Origin: Callorhinchus milii
Taxonomy: Eukaryota
Reading direction: 5' to 3'
Length of the DNA: 64,000 nucleotides
Assembly (NCBI RefSeq): GCF_018977255.1
Contig: NW_024704742.1
Coordinates: 88,972,001 to 89,036,000 of the forward strand
Part shown: one piece after another, positions 24,311 to 35,208 of the stretch
How the letters are laid out: every line of letters begins with the position of its first letter
Position numbering within the stretch: the first letter of the stretch is position 1
The notes under the pieces: generated by a model
What the model was told of the DNA's origin: nothing
The model's database searches: none
What the model saw: the letters and a program-made list of their open reading frames with translations, nothing else
Position numbers and translations under genes: made by a program

Positions 24311-24559
24311 TTTTCGGAGTTAAAAAGTTTGCATCTTAAAGTCATGATCTGTTGTCTTATTTTCAGTCTTCGCGTTTGATAAGAGTGTCAAATAACAACA
24401 ATAATAACAACAAATTGCATTTGTATAATGCCTTTCACATTGGTAGGACATCTAATCTAACATTATAACGATGAACTGGAACTCAAGAATAGATTTAATT
24501 CCTCATATTCCATCCACTATTAGTGTGTGAGATTATTTTGTTTAAAAATGTCAGATTTT

Positions 24560-24722
24560 ATGGAATCAGGAAATATCTTTCATTCAGTTTAATTTGAAAG
24601 ACGGTTGACTTTAAGAACTGCTTCCAAATTTATGCTGAATTTTATGAATTTTCCACAATTTTGCACCATCTTAAATATTTAAGACAAAATAGTCTGTCAG
24701 GCTGAGACCGGAATTTCAGACC
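24560..24722. mobile_element. Palindromic MITE-like element, right half
   Basis: gctgaattttatgaattttccacaattttgcaccatctt...ggaatttcagacc. Confidence 0.55.
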
Positions 24723-24822
24723 TTCAGTGTTTGGCTGACCACTGGAATTGATCTGGAACTTGAATGGGCAAACTGTTGAATACCAGTTAGATAATTTAAG
24801 ATAAGATTGCATCTGACCTGCT

Positions 24823-25144
24823 AATAATAACAATAATAATAATCCTTGCATTTGATATAGCACTTTTCAACTCTTCTCGACGTCTCAAAGCACTTCACAG
24901 AATAGACTGTAAAGTGAATTGACTGTATATGTGTGGGCAAAATGCGGCAGCCAATTCCGCACAGCAGTGTCTCACAAACAGTTGTGGATTGAAGTGACCA
25001 ATTTTATTATTGCTTTTTTCTTGAGGGATTATTATCAGGCATGTGGAGTAAGGAAACTTGCCCAAGGTTTCACCCTCCCGGGAGTCGAACCCAGGTCTCT
25101 CGCTTGCAAAGGGGTGCTCTAACCACTGAGCTATAGGACCCCAC
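24823..25144 (-). mobile_element. Full-length tRNA-Ala-headed SINE (short variant)
   Basis: Colinear with 17683-17989 over its whole length. Confidence 0.92.
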
Positions 25145-26049
25145 TGTGCTATTTGGTAAAGGATACTGAGATATCCTACGTGAAAGGTAGCAAGTTGTTA
25201 TTATTATTGTTTATCACCTCTCTTCTATTTCTTGTATATTCAGCCCCTTCCACCACATCTTTCTGCATGTCCCTAATCTGACAACTTTGCTTCTGGGAAA
25301 TTGAAATTCGCCACAATTATCACATTTTGATTTCTTGTAACCTTTCTTTACTTGCCCACACAACGCACTGTTTGTTCAGCCTGAATGGAGATCGATATTC
25401 GTTATTATTGCATTGCCCTTATGATTACTAATTCCTGCCCAGATTGTTTCAGCCATCTCTCCAGCAATGTGATAACACTCTCTCATTTTTTTCTGAGCCA
25501 CTTCTCTGTTGTGTTGTGGTATAGAATTGTTTTCAATTCATTGACCAAATGGATTTCACTGAGGAATCCTAATAGCTATCAGTAAGTGAAGGCTTCCAAT
25601 CTGTCCAGCGTGTATTTGAATTTGGGACGCTGAGGTAAAAGAATATTGTTGAAGTAAATGAGGAATGCTCAATCTCGTTCTTAACCTCTCAAACCTAAGA
25701 GTATCCTAACCATATTTGTTTATTAATAGAAGATGCAATGCAGAGTTTAATTTACGGTATTTCTTAACAGTAATTCCTTCATAAACAAAATATGAGTCGT
25801 GAAAATAGGAGCCTTTCTCCGTACCAGGAAATATATATATCACACTGACCCACAGGAATTCTGCTCCAACAATATCTATTTCTGGAGCGTCAATCCCATG
25901 GGTCTATGGGGAATACTTTTGGATGCAGTGAAATAACAAAGCAAGAGGTCACAGGTTTAGCGTTGTAAAGGGCAACTTGAGGACAGATACCTTGAATTTT
26001 TCTTTATCCAGAAGGGTATTAATGACTGGAACAGGTTATATTCATTTAA

Positions 26050-27033
26050 AAACAACAACATCAATATCGGGAGGACTTCCCAAGGTGCTAGACAGTCAGT
26101 GTTTCAGACCCGACCTGGGAGTCGGGTTTGGGGAGAGTGGAGGGCAGGGGGGGAAGAAGGATGATCGAAAGCACAATCGATGAGGAGGGTCTTGAGATGC
26201 ATCTTGAAGGAGGCAAGGGAGGGGACGAGGCAGAAGGACTGCGGGATGGAGTTCCAGTAGGTGGGGGCAGAGTGGCAGAAGGTCCACCTGCTAATGGTGG
26301 GGCAAGCAAGGTGGGGGAACATGAAGCAGGCCAAGCCTGTTGAGCGGAGGGAGGGGGCAGGGTGGTGAGGGGTTAGGAAGTCACAGAGGTAGTGGGGAGC
26401 AAGGCCAGGGAGAGCTTGGAAGGTGAGGACCAGGATCTTGAACTGTATCCTCTGTGTGATAGGAAGCCAGTGGAGTCGGGAGAGGATGGGGGTGATAGGG
26501 TCACAGAGCCTGGTGCAGGAGAGGACACCGGCTGCAAAGTTCTGGATGATCTGCAGCCTATGGAGGGTGGAGTTGGGGAGGCTGACAAGCAGTGAGTTTG
26601 CATAGTCAAGCTTCGATATTATGAATGCGTGTATGAGGGTCTCGGTGGCCTGTGGTTCGAGACAGCGGCAGTGTTGGGTGATGTTGCAAAGGTGGGGGAA
26701 GGCAGAGCGGGTCATGGCATGGATGTGGGGTAGAAAGGATAGTTTTGGGTCAAACAAGACGCCAAGGTAGGGACTGGATTAGTAAGGTGGAGTGTGCAAC
26801 TATGGATGGTGATGCTGTCAGCGCCTGAGGTGTAGAGGCACTGACGGGAGCCAATCAGCTGGGCTTCGGTCTTGTTGACGTTCAACTGTAAAAAGTTAGC
26901 TCTTATCCAGGCTTGATGTCTGGCAGACATTCAGTCAGCACAGCAGTGGTCCTGGAGCCAAGGGTGGAGGCAGAGAGGTACAGTTGGGTGTCATCCGCAT
27001 ACATGTGGAAGTTGACCCAATGTCTGCGGATGA
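26050..27033 (-). mobile_element. L2 3' part, about 1 kb
   Basis: ORF 26104-26757(-), 217 aa: FDPKLSFLPHI...SKLDYANSLL...LHWLPITQRIQFKIL...FKMHLKT. Confidence 0.95.
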
Positions 27034-27472
27034 TAAATTAGGGCTATATTCTCTAGAGTACAGAAGAATTAGGGGATATCGTATTGAAACATATAAGATT
27101 CTTAAAGGGCTGGATAAAGTAGACACTGAGGGACTGTTTCCCCTGGTAGGAGAATCTATAACCAGGGGTCACAGTCTTAAAATTAAGGGTCAGTCTTTTA
27201 GAATAAAGTTGAGGAAACATTTCTTCACTCAGAGCGTAGTGAATTTATGGAATTCACTACCCCAGAAGGCTGTAGATGCTCAGTCCTTGAACATCTTCAA
27301 GGCTGAGACTGATAGATTTTTAAAAAACAGAGGGATTAGGGGATATGGGGATAGGGCAGGTAATTAGAGTTAGGTCTGAAGATCAGCCATGATCTTATCG
27401 AATGGCGAGGCAGGCTCGAGGGGCCAAATGGCCTACTCCTGCTCCTAATTCTTATGTTCTTATGCTCTTATG
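27034..27472 (+). mobile_element. Young CR1 3' end inserted into the L2
   Basis: Open frame LGLYSLEYRRIRGYRIETYKILKGLD...TRGHSLKI...RKHFFTQSVVNLWNSLP; tail (ttcttatg)n; L2 sequence ggatgat|gtcacc is split around it. Confidence 0.95.
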
Positions 27473-28439
27473 TCACCAAAAAAACAGGGAGGGATTCTCA
27501 GAGGTTATCGGCGAAGACTCCGAAAGCTCTGTGCACCACTACCATTAACCTCCTAGTTAAACTCAGTTTGTGTTTAAAATTGCACCACCTACAAGACAGG
27601 ACAGAAAGATATGAGTTCTGAAAAATGTAACATTATGTTCATATTGGAACATTTTGTACAGCAATTCTTTTCCATTACATGTAGTGCCAACGCTAAACAA
27701 TACTGAATTCTCCAAAAATCTATGTAAATTGTGTCAGCACTGTTGTGTGCTGTGCTACATGAAAACAGATCTCTGCATTGGTGTCATCGAGGTTGGATTT
27801 CATCAGGGCACTGGAGAAAAAATAACCTTATGCCTCACAGTGAAAGTAATGAGATCTTTTTCTACTCCTTGCTGTTGGTGCAATGTAATCTCTTCTAAAG
27901 CAACACTGAAAGGCTGCTGAGAATCAGCATTGTACGCGAGGAAGGAAAATATTTCAAATACATGATGACTTGGTATTGGGTTGCACAATGAATGACAACT
28001 CCAGACTGATGCTCAGGAATGAAAAGGCTGTCAATGTACATTATATCAATACAGGCACTTTACTACCTCAGTCCATGGCTGGTGTCAGCTGAGTATAAAT
28101 CAGGACCTCTGGATTTATTTGTTCCCATTCTCTGTACTTGCATAATTTTTCACCTTCTCTGCCCCCCATTTTATTTTATTTCAAATTCGCTTGAACCATT
28201 CTAACCTTTATTTTTCTCCCAACTTTTTTTTAACCACTTTGAAGCCTTTTACATTACTTTCCTTTTCCTTGCTTCCTACACATTCGCCATCTCTGTTTCT
28301 GGAGGTTGTAGTCCCTTCTTTTCATAAAAAAGGGTTTTATGTTGGCTGAACAAAAAAGGGATTTAAAGGCAGGTTCGTACCAAATGAAGTTTGGAAATTG
28401 ATATGTAACAGGCTTGGTGTCACCAGCTCTATCTCTGGC

Positions 28440-28670
28440 ATTAGAGAAGGGAGTTTCTCTCTCCCGGTGTCCTGGCCAACAATCTCCCAGAAAAAAAATG
28501 GTCATTCAATTGATGGCTGTTTGTGGGACACTGCTGTGCACAAATTGTTCACCTATAAAATACAATCATTACACTTCACAGTAAATCCTTTGCAGCATTT
28601 GAAGCGTTTTGAGACATCCTTCCAACGTGAAAGGTGTTATATCAAATGTAAGGATAATTATTAATAATAA
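28440..28670 (+). mobile_element. Deu-domain SINE 3' half
   Basis: ccggtgtcctggccaacaatc...gctgtttgtgggacactgctgtgcacaaattg...gtgaaaggtgttatatcaaatg. Confidence 0.8.
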
Positions 28671-29809
28671 TTTCACATCCTAATTAAGATGCATAATACC
28701 CTTTGAGGAGAAAACTCATCCAAAAGATTTGAAGGGTTAAATAAACAGTTTTAAAGAGTTTTGCAAATATTGCTTGTTACGCAGTGTGGTCAAAATTGTG
28801 GAATTCATGAACACATTCCGATTTTATTTAAGCAGTATTGTTAAAGTATATTTAAAAAAACTTCCCAAAATACTTTTGAATAATCGTAATTAGAAATACC
28901 TGGGCATAAATATTAGATTCATGCTTTGTGGGATCATTTGCAAGCATTGATTTTATTCAGGTGTTTAGCTTAATCTCAGTGAGGGCAGAATCCCAGGTAA
29001 AAGCTTGGAATGACCATTTCCAAAGACAGCATCGCTTAAATCTTCAAGCCCAATTAAACAGCTGGTGGACATTTGGATGAATCAGAGAAACAGGCCTACA
29101 TGAGATACAAGAGTTGGGGATTTAAAATGTGGATTGAGCTAAACAGCCCGTGGGCTAATCATGTTAAAACGCTTGTAAGTGCCATCAATTATGCAAGGAA
29201 GCACTAATGAACAATATAGCTGGTGATTCAGGAATCCTTTGTATTGGTTTATTAGCTCAGTCTTGATACAGTACTGGAGTCCAGGCTGATGATGAAGTAA
29301 AGATGAATTTACAAGAGAAAATTCTTTCAGAAGACAGAACACCTTTTTGATTTATTTGTTGGAGGTACTTCAAATGGTGATGAACACAAACATTGGACCT
29401 GAGGATTCATTAGAATTTACTAAATATTGTTGGCACTTGCATTTATATAGCTCCTTTCAAGCCAGACGGTGTCTCAGAGCACATCAGAGAAGTCTTTTTA
29501 AACATTGCTATGTTTGTTATAATAATAATAATCCTTACATTTGGTATAATGCCTTTCATGACAGGATGACATCTCAAAGCGCTTCATAGGATATAGTGTA
29601 CAGTGATTGTGTGCTATGTGGTTGAATTATTTTTTTCCAACTGAAACCGATAACCAAATATTTCTATAATTTCTTACATTCAGGAGTTGTTTTAAATGTG
29701 TCGGTAGTGACATTGTTTCCTGCCAATTTGAAGAGCTGTGCTTCCAGTTTCACGGGCAATTAAATATATTTGTGTGGGTTGTGACATCCTGTATTGTCTG
29801 TTGACTTTT

Positions 29810-30270
29810 TCATACAGAGTGGGACAGTTAGAGAGGCAGAGAGAAACACACAGATACCAAGTTAGACAGTTATATACAGATAAAGACACACAAACACAGA
29901 ATCGTGCACAGAGAGAGAGACACACACAACAATAAAATTACATTTGTCTAGTGCCTTTCACGTCGGGAGGACGTGCCAAGGCTCTGGACAGTCAGTGTTT
30001 TGGACTCGAGCTGGGGGTCAGGATTGGATAGGGTGGAGGGCAGAGGTGGAAGGAGGGTCATCGGCAAACACAGAGATTTAGACGATTAGAGAGGTAAAGA
30101 GAAATATGCACAAACAAAAGAGTTAGAGAGACATAAAGAGACATACACACAAACGGAGTGTTAGACAGATACCCAAAGAGTGCCACACACAAACACAGAG
30201 TCAGACAATTGGAGACATTAGGCAGTCTAAAGAGGCAGAGAGAGTGAGAGAAGTACACCCATACATAGAC
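29810..30270 (+). repeat. Degenerate AG/AC-rich minisatellite (acagagttagacagttagagag-like units) with an L2 tail (-) inserted at about 29926-30065
   Basis: Recurrent gttagaca/ttagagag/acacaca motifs on both sides of tttcacgtcgggaggacgt. Confidence 0.7.
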
Positions 30271-30959
30271 ATTTAAATATTTTAATATCCATACTGTTTC
30301 CATATCCATAATGGGGTTGTCCCATTGAGTGTGGATATTGAGCTCTTTAACTGTAGTTAATTATCAAATTCAATAAGTTATCAACTTATATTATCTGTCA
30401 ACGAAAGAGCTGGACTGAAGGTCACCTTGAACTCTTCACAGAGGTCATGCATATCTCCGCAGTTTGCCCAAACAGAGAGAAAATATCAGACACAATACTG
30501 CATATTTTGGGGGGCAGATGTCTATGATGTACCCTCACCTGAATCAGGTTTTTTAAATCCATGAGATTGGACATGTCTTGCGTGTCAATGTTGCGTATGT
30601 CATATAGCAATTACAGAGATTTGACTGGAGCTGGAGGCTCCTGTAATCTCATTTCCTTATAATTACCATTTTGCAGGCCCACACAGCTTGCGAATGTCAT
30701 CTACATCCACAGGGGATACCTACAACCCAACGTTAAATGTGGTATTGAGCAAGAAGTCTGCAATCCAATACATTTCCAGCTAAGCAGATTTAGTGAGCTC
30801 CACAGTATCTCTCAGCAAACTTTTTTTTCAAATGGAATGCAAAAAGCCGCATTCTAAACCCTTGCAAACATTGTAAATTACTGACCTTAAAGGTGCGGCA
30901 TGCTGTCTTTCATCGTTCTAAAACAGATTAACGAAGCTAATAATACTTACTATTTGAAA

Positions 30960-31369
30960 CACTACCATTTCGAGGCCCTCATCCTCACCTATAAATCCCT
31001 TCACAACCTAGCACCTCCCTATTGCTGCAATCGTCTCCTACCCCACACCTCCACTGCTGCATTCACCTATAAAATACACGGTCACTACAATTTACGGTAA
31101 ATCCTATGAAGGGCTTTGAGTGTCTGCCCCATCCTCTGGAACTCCATTACGCAGTCCCTCCACTTCGCTCCATCCCTTGCCTCCTTCAAGACCCGTCTCA
31201 ACACCCGCCTCTTCGACCATGCCTTTGATCACCCTCCTTCCCCTCTTGCCCTCCACGCACCCCCGATCCCGACCCCCAGCTAGGGTCCGAAATACTGATT
31301 ATCTAGCGCCTTGGAAGGCCCTTCCCATGTGACAGGAGCTATACAAATGTAATTTTGTTGTTGTTGTTG
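30960..31369 (+). mobile_element. L2 3' end with a SINE-tail fragment inside (about 31053-31118)
   Basis: LILTYKSLHNLAPPY...; ccttcaagacccgtctcaacacccgcctcttcgacc; (ttg)n tail. Confidence 0.85.
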
Positions 31370-31371
31370 TA

Positions 31372-31726
31372 CGATCAGTAGTTAGAGTGTTCACCTCGCA
31401 AGTGAGAGGACTTGGGTTTGATTCCTGGAAGGCGAAATGTTGGGCAAGTTTCCTTACGCCACACGCCTCTGTTTACCTAGCAGTAAGTAGGAACCCTGGT
31501 TGTTAGTCAATTGGCAGATCGCTTTTCCGGATATAATAATTCCTTAAAAAAAATTGGTCACTCAATCCACGACTGTTTGTGGGACACTGCTGAACACAAT
31601 TGGCTGCCGTGTTTCACCCACAAAATATACAGTCAATTCACTTTACACTATATTCTGTGAAGCGCTTTGAGATGTCTGAAAGACGTGATAAGGCGCTATA
31701 TCAAATGCAAGGATTATTATTATTAT
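31372..31726 (+). mobile_element. tRNA-Ala-headed SINE, long variant
   Basis: Carries about 62 extra bp (31469-31530, ctgtttacctagcagtaagtaggaacc...ttttccgg) relative to 17683-17989. Confidence 0.88.
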
Positions 31727-31819
31727 ATAACAGTAAGGCCCCGTCAGATCATCTCTTTGAGTTAAGCTCCATGACACCATAGAGCTTAACTCAAAGAGAT
31801 CCCTTATCCCTGTTTCGAT

Positions 31820-32165
31820 CGGACCCCGAGACAGGGAGAAGGGAGAAGGGGAAGGAGTAATTGACTATAGGTTTTGAGATAGATTTAAAGGTAGATGTTG
31901 AAGAAAGCAAAATAAAGAGATAATGGGAGGGAGTTCCTGAAGTTTACAACAAAGTGGCTGAAGGATCGACCATCGATGGTGATGGTGGGGGGCGACTGTC
32001 GACAGCTTGCCTGTGTTAGCCAAGTAGAGGGCCTGAAGAGAGGAGTGTGTTTCTCAGTTGTGGAGGCGGATTGGGTAGACAGTATTGACTGAAGCTACAA
32101 TGACTCTGGGAGGGGTGGGGTTGATGAGTCGATGGTGATCTGAAAATGTGTGAAAAGATTTGTTG
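31820..32165 (-). mobile_element. Old L2 3' fragment
   Basis: gggagggagttcc...agtggctgaaggatcgaccatcgatggtg follows the minus-strand L2 pattern seen at 47020-47080. Confidence 0.6.
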
Positions 32166-32277
32166 ATGTGCAGATCTTTGTCTGCACATCAACACACAGA
32201 TAAACCAGTACAAGCTAACTCTTTGAGACTATATCGATGTACTAAGGCAACAACAACAACAGCAACAACACAACAAC

Positions 32278-32710
32278 TTCCAGACAGGGCGAAACCTTGG
32301 GCAAGTTTCCTTACTCCACATGCCTAATAATATTCCCTCCAAAACCCAAAACAATAATAAATTGGTCATTTTCAATCTATGACTGTTTGTGGGACATTGC
32401 TGTGCGAAATTGGCTGCCGCGTTCGCGTTCGTACAAATATACAGTCAATTCACTTTACAGTGTGTTCTGTGAAGCGCTTTGGGACGTCCTCCCGACGTGA
32501 AAAGCGCTATATCAAATGCAGGGATTATTATTATTATTATTATATTTATATAGCGCCCTCCATGCCGGACGGCGTCTCAGAGCGCTTCACAGTAAGGAAT
32601 CCTGGGGCCGAGCCAGGGGGAGGGGGAGGAAGATGCCCAAAGGTGCGGTCAAAAAGAAATGTCTTCATAAGGGACCTGAAAGTAGGGGGCGAGGCGAAGG
32701 GAGGCACCGA
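32278..32710. mobile_element. Young SINE (+, 32278-32545) tail-to-tail with an L2 3' end (-, 32540-32710)
   Basis: cagacagggcgaaaccttgggcaagtttcc...(tta)n, then tatttatatagcgccctccatgccggacggcgtctcagagcg. Confidence 0.9.
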
Positions 32711-32754
32711 ATAAAGTGAAGATATTATTCTAGTACAGTAGCCAAATAACACAT

Positions 32755-33045
32755 CACAAGGTCACAAGATCAGTTTGATTGAAGGAGTCCCTTCGGTCCA
32801 TCCGATCTCATCCCTCCAGAACACCCACCCTAAAGTACCCCCATCACTGATCAAGCTATCTAAATGAGTCATGGCCTTAACCACCTTTCCGGGCAACATG
32901 TTCCAATCATTGATTACCCTCTACGTAAAGAATCTATCTATCTTGAAATTGATCTTTGCAACTCTAAACCTATGTCCTCTTCTTTTGCTGGCTTGCTGCA
33001 TCACAAAGGATTGATCTGGATTTACTTTTTCATGCCCATTGGCCT
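32755..33045 (-). mobile_element. CR1 3' end
   Basis: Minus-strand RRGHRFRVAKINFKIDRFFT; tail cacaaggtcacaagatc. Confidence 0.75.
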
Positions 33046-33769
33046 GCAATGAGGTTGTGATCTCAGAGATGTTGTAAAAATACAACCCTACAAAAACTCT
33101 ATGTTGAATTTTTTCCTGACGGTCAAGTTGCCACATTAGTGAGTACAGAGCTGGAAAATGTCTTAAGTGCAGTAATTTCCTTGCAGTGCCCACAATTTAA
33201 AGTTGCCATTTGTTTTTAACAGTGACCCTTGTTGAAGTGGAGTGCATCGATTCTTTTAAAAGAGAATTAGACAGCAGCTTGACAGAAGACATTATTAATG
33301 TGTGGCTGCAGAAGAAGGCTGGGCCCTGGAAGTCGATCTATAATGGTGATTATGATAATCCATGCATGCGGAATAGCACTTTTCGGGAAGCCGATTTAAA
33401 GCATTTCACAGGATTTACTGCAAAGTAAAATGACTGTGTGTTTTGTAGGTAAAAAATAATAATCATCCTTGCATTTGATAGACTACTTGAAGGACCTACC
33501 AGATTCCCCGAGACCCCTAGCTAAGCTAAATTCCAATGCAGCACCCTCTAGTGAACTGGATAAGCACTGCTCTCCCAATGAAGAGGTTCAATGGCATGCT
33601 CTGTGGAAATGGTATAAAGGCTCGAACAGGCTTGAAGAGTCAAATGGCTAATTTCTGTGCTGTAACGTTTTGTTTCAACACATTTTCATGACTCACGTGT
33701 TTCCACATGCAGAATATATACTTTTGTGCCTTTGTGGAGCAATTATAAGGCATTGCAATTAAATAAGTG

Positions 33770-34140
33770 TCACGAGATTTGTTTGGATGAAGAAGGCCCT
33801 TTCTGTATATTTGATCTCATCCTTCCAGAATCCTTCCCCATCATCCTTCCCCATCATCTTTCCATCACTGTATCAACCTATTTTTTAAATGAGTCCAGTG
33901 TTCTGGCCTCAACCACCCTTCCTAGTAACTTGCTCTAATCATTAATTACCCGCTGGGTAAACAAAACGTTCGGTAACCATCCTGGAATTGCTTTTTGCAA
34001 ACTCTTAACCTGTATCCTCCTGCTTTAAAGTCCTGGTGCATCCGGAAGTATTATTCAGGGTTTAAATTTTTAATCCCATTTAAAATTGTATATATCTTTG
34101 TAAGGTTCTCTCTGAGATTTCTTCTCTCAAGAATGAATAC
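33770..34140 (-). mobile_element. CR1 3' end
   Basis: ttggatgaagaaggccc...ttttaaatgagtccagtgttctggcctcaaccacccttcc. Confidence 0.8.
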
Positions 34141-34636
34141 TTTCACTGGAGTATTGTGTGGTATAATCCCTGGTCTCTACCAAAGGGGATGTGTGTTATT
34201 GTAGAAAGACTGAATATAATTCAGCAGCTGAAAATGCTGAATCAGCAATAAACTTGCTTCTAACTATTTCTTTTAGTGAAGAGTACTGCATGAGTTGCAA
34301 AATATGGGTTCAATTATATATGTTTACAACAGTATTTTATGTACTGGTGCGCTATCCATGCTGTTTTCATGTTTTCACACTTGTGGAACATTGCTGTGCA
34401 TAAGTTGTCTGCCCCAAATCAGGACATCATATTTTGTGTTTTTAGAAGTTGCAGATCTGAAGCAAATTTTAGTTGAAATATAATGTTGACCATTATATTT
34501 CATCTTCCACCCTCCGCCCACCCCACTGCCCATATCACCACTCTTATATTTTGATATTGATGTTACATCTCTCCATTTGCACTAGAAATATTTGTGTTGT
34601 TGGCCAGCGCAGGCCTTCAATAGTTGTTTTTTCGAT

Positions 34637-35208
34637 GACAACAACAAATTACATATACACAGCGTCTTTCACTTCGGGAGGATGTCCCAATGCGCTGGAC
34701 AGTCAAGGATTTGGACCTGAGCAGGGCTTGTGAGCAGGGCTGAGGCAGGGTGGAGGGCCGAAAGAGCAGTTGAAGAGGAGGGTCTGGAGGTGTGCCTTGA
34801 AGGAGGCAAGGGAGAAAGTGAGGTGAAGGGACTGTGGGATGGAGTTCCAAAGGGTGGAGGCAGAGAGGCTGAAGGTCCGATAGCTAATGGTGGGGCGGGC
34901 TGGGCGGGGGATGTGTTGGAGGCTGGAGCTTGCTGAGTAGAGTGTTGATATGGGGTTAGCAGGTCATAGAGATAGGAAGGAGCAAGGCCGTGGAGGGCTT
35001 TTAAGGTGCGGATGAGGATTTTAAACTCTGGGGGATGGGGAGCCAGTGGAACTGGGCAAAGGTGGGGGTTGTAGGGTCACAAAGCTTAGTGCAGGAGAGA
35101 ACACAAGCTACAGCGTTCTGAATGATCTGCAGCTGGTGGAGGGAAGAGTTGGGAAGGCCGACAGCAGAGAGTTGGCATAGTCGAGCCTAGATGTAATGAA
35201 TACATGGA
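34637..35208 (-). mobile_element. L2 3' end
   Basis: Tail acaacaacaaattac...cttcgggaggatgtccca; body matches 26050-26630. Confidence 0.9.

Noticed and set aside
27490..27590. ctccgaaagctc resembling another Penelope/hammerhead end
   Set aside because: No CUGANGA box or stem II upstream; too degenerate.
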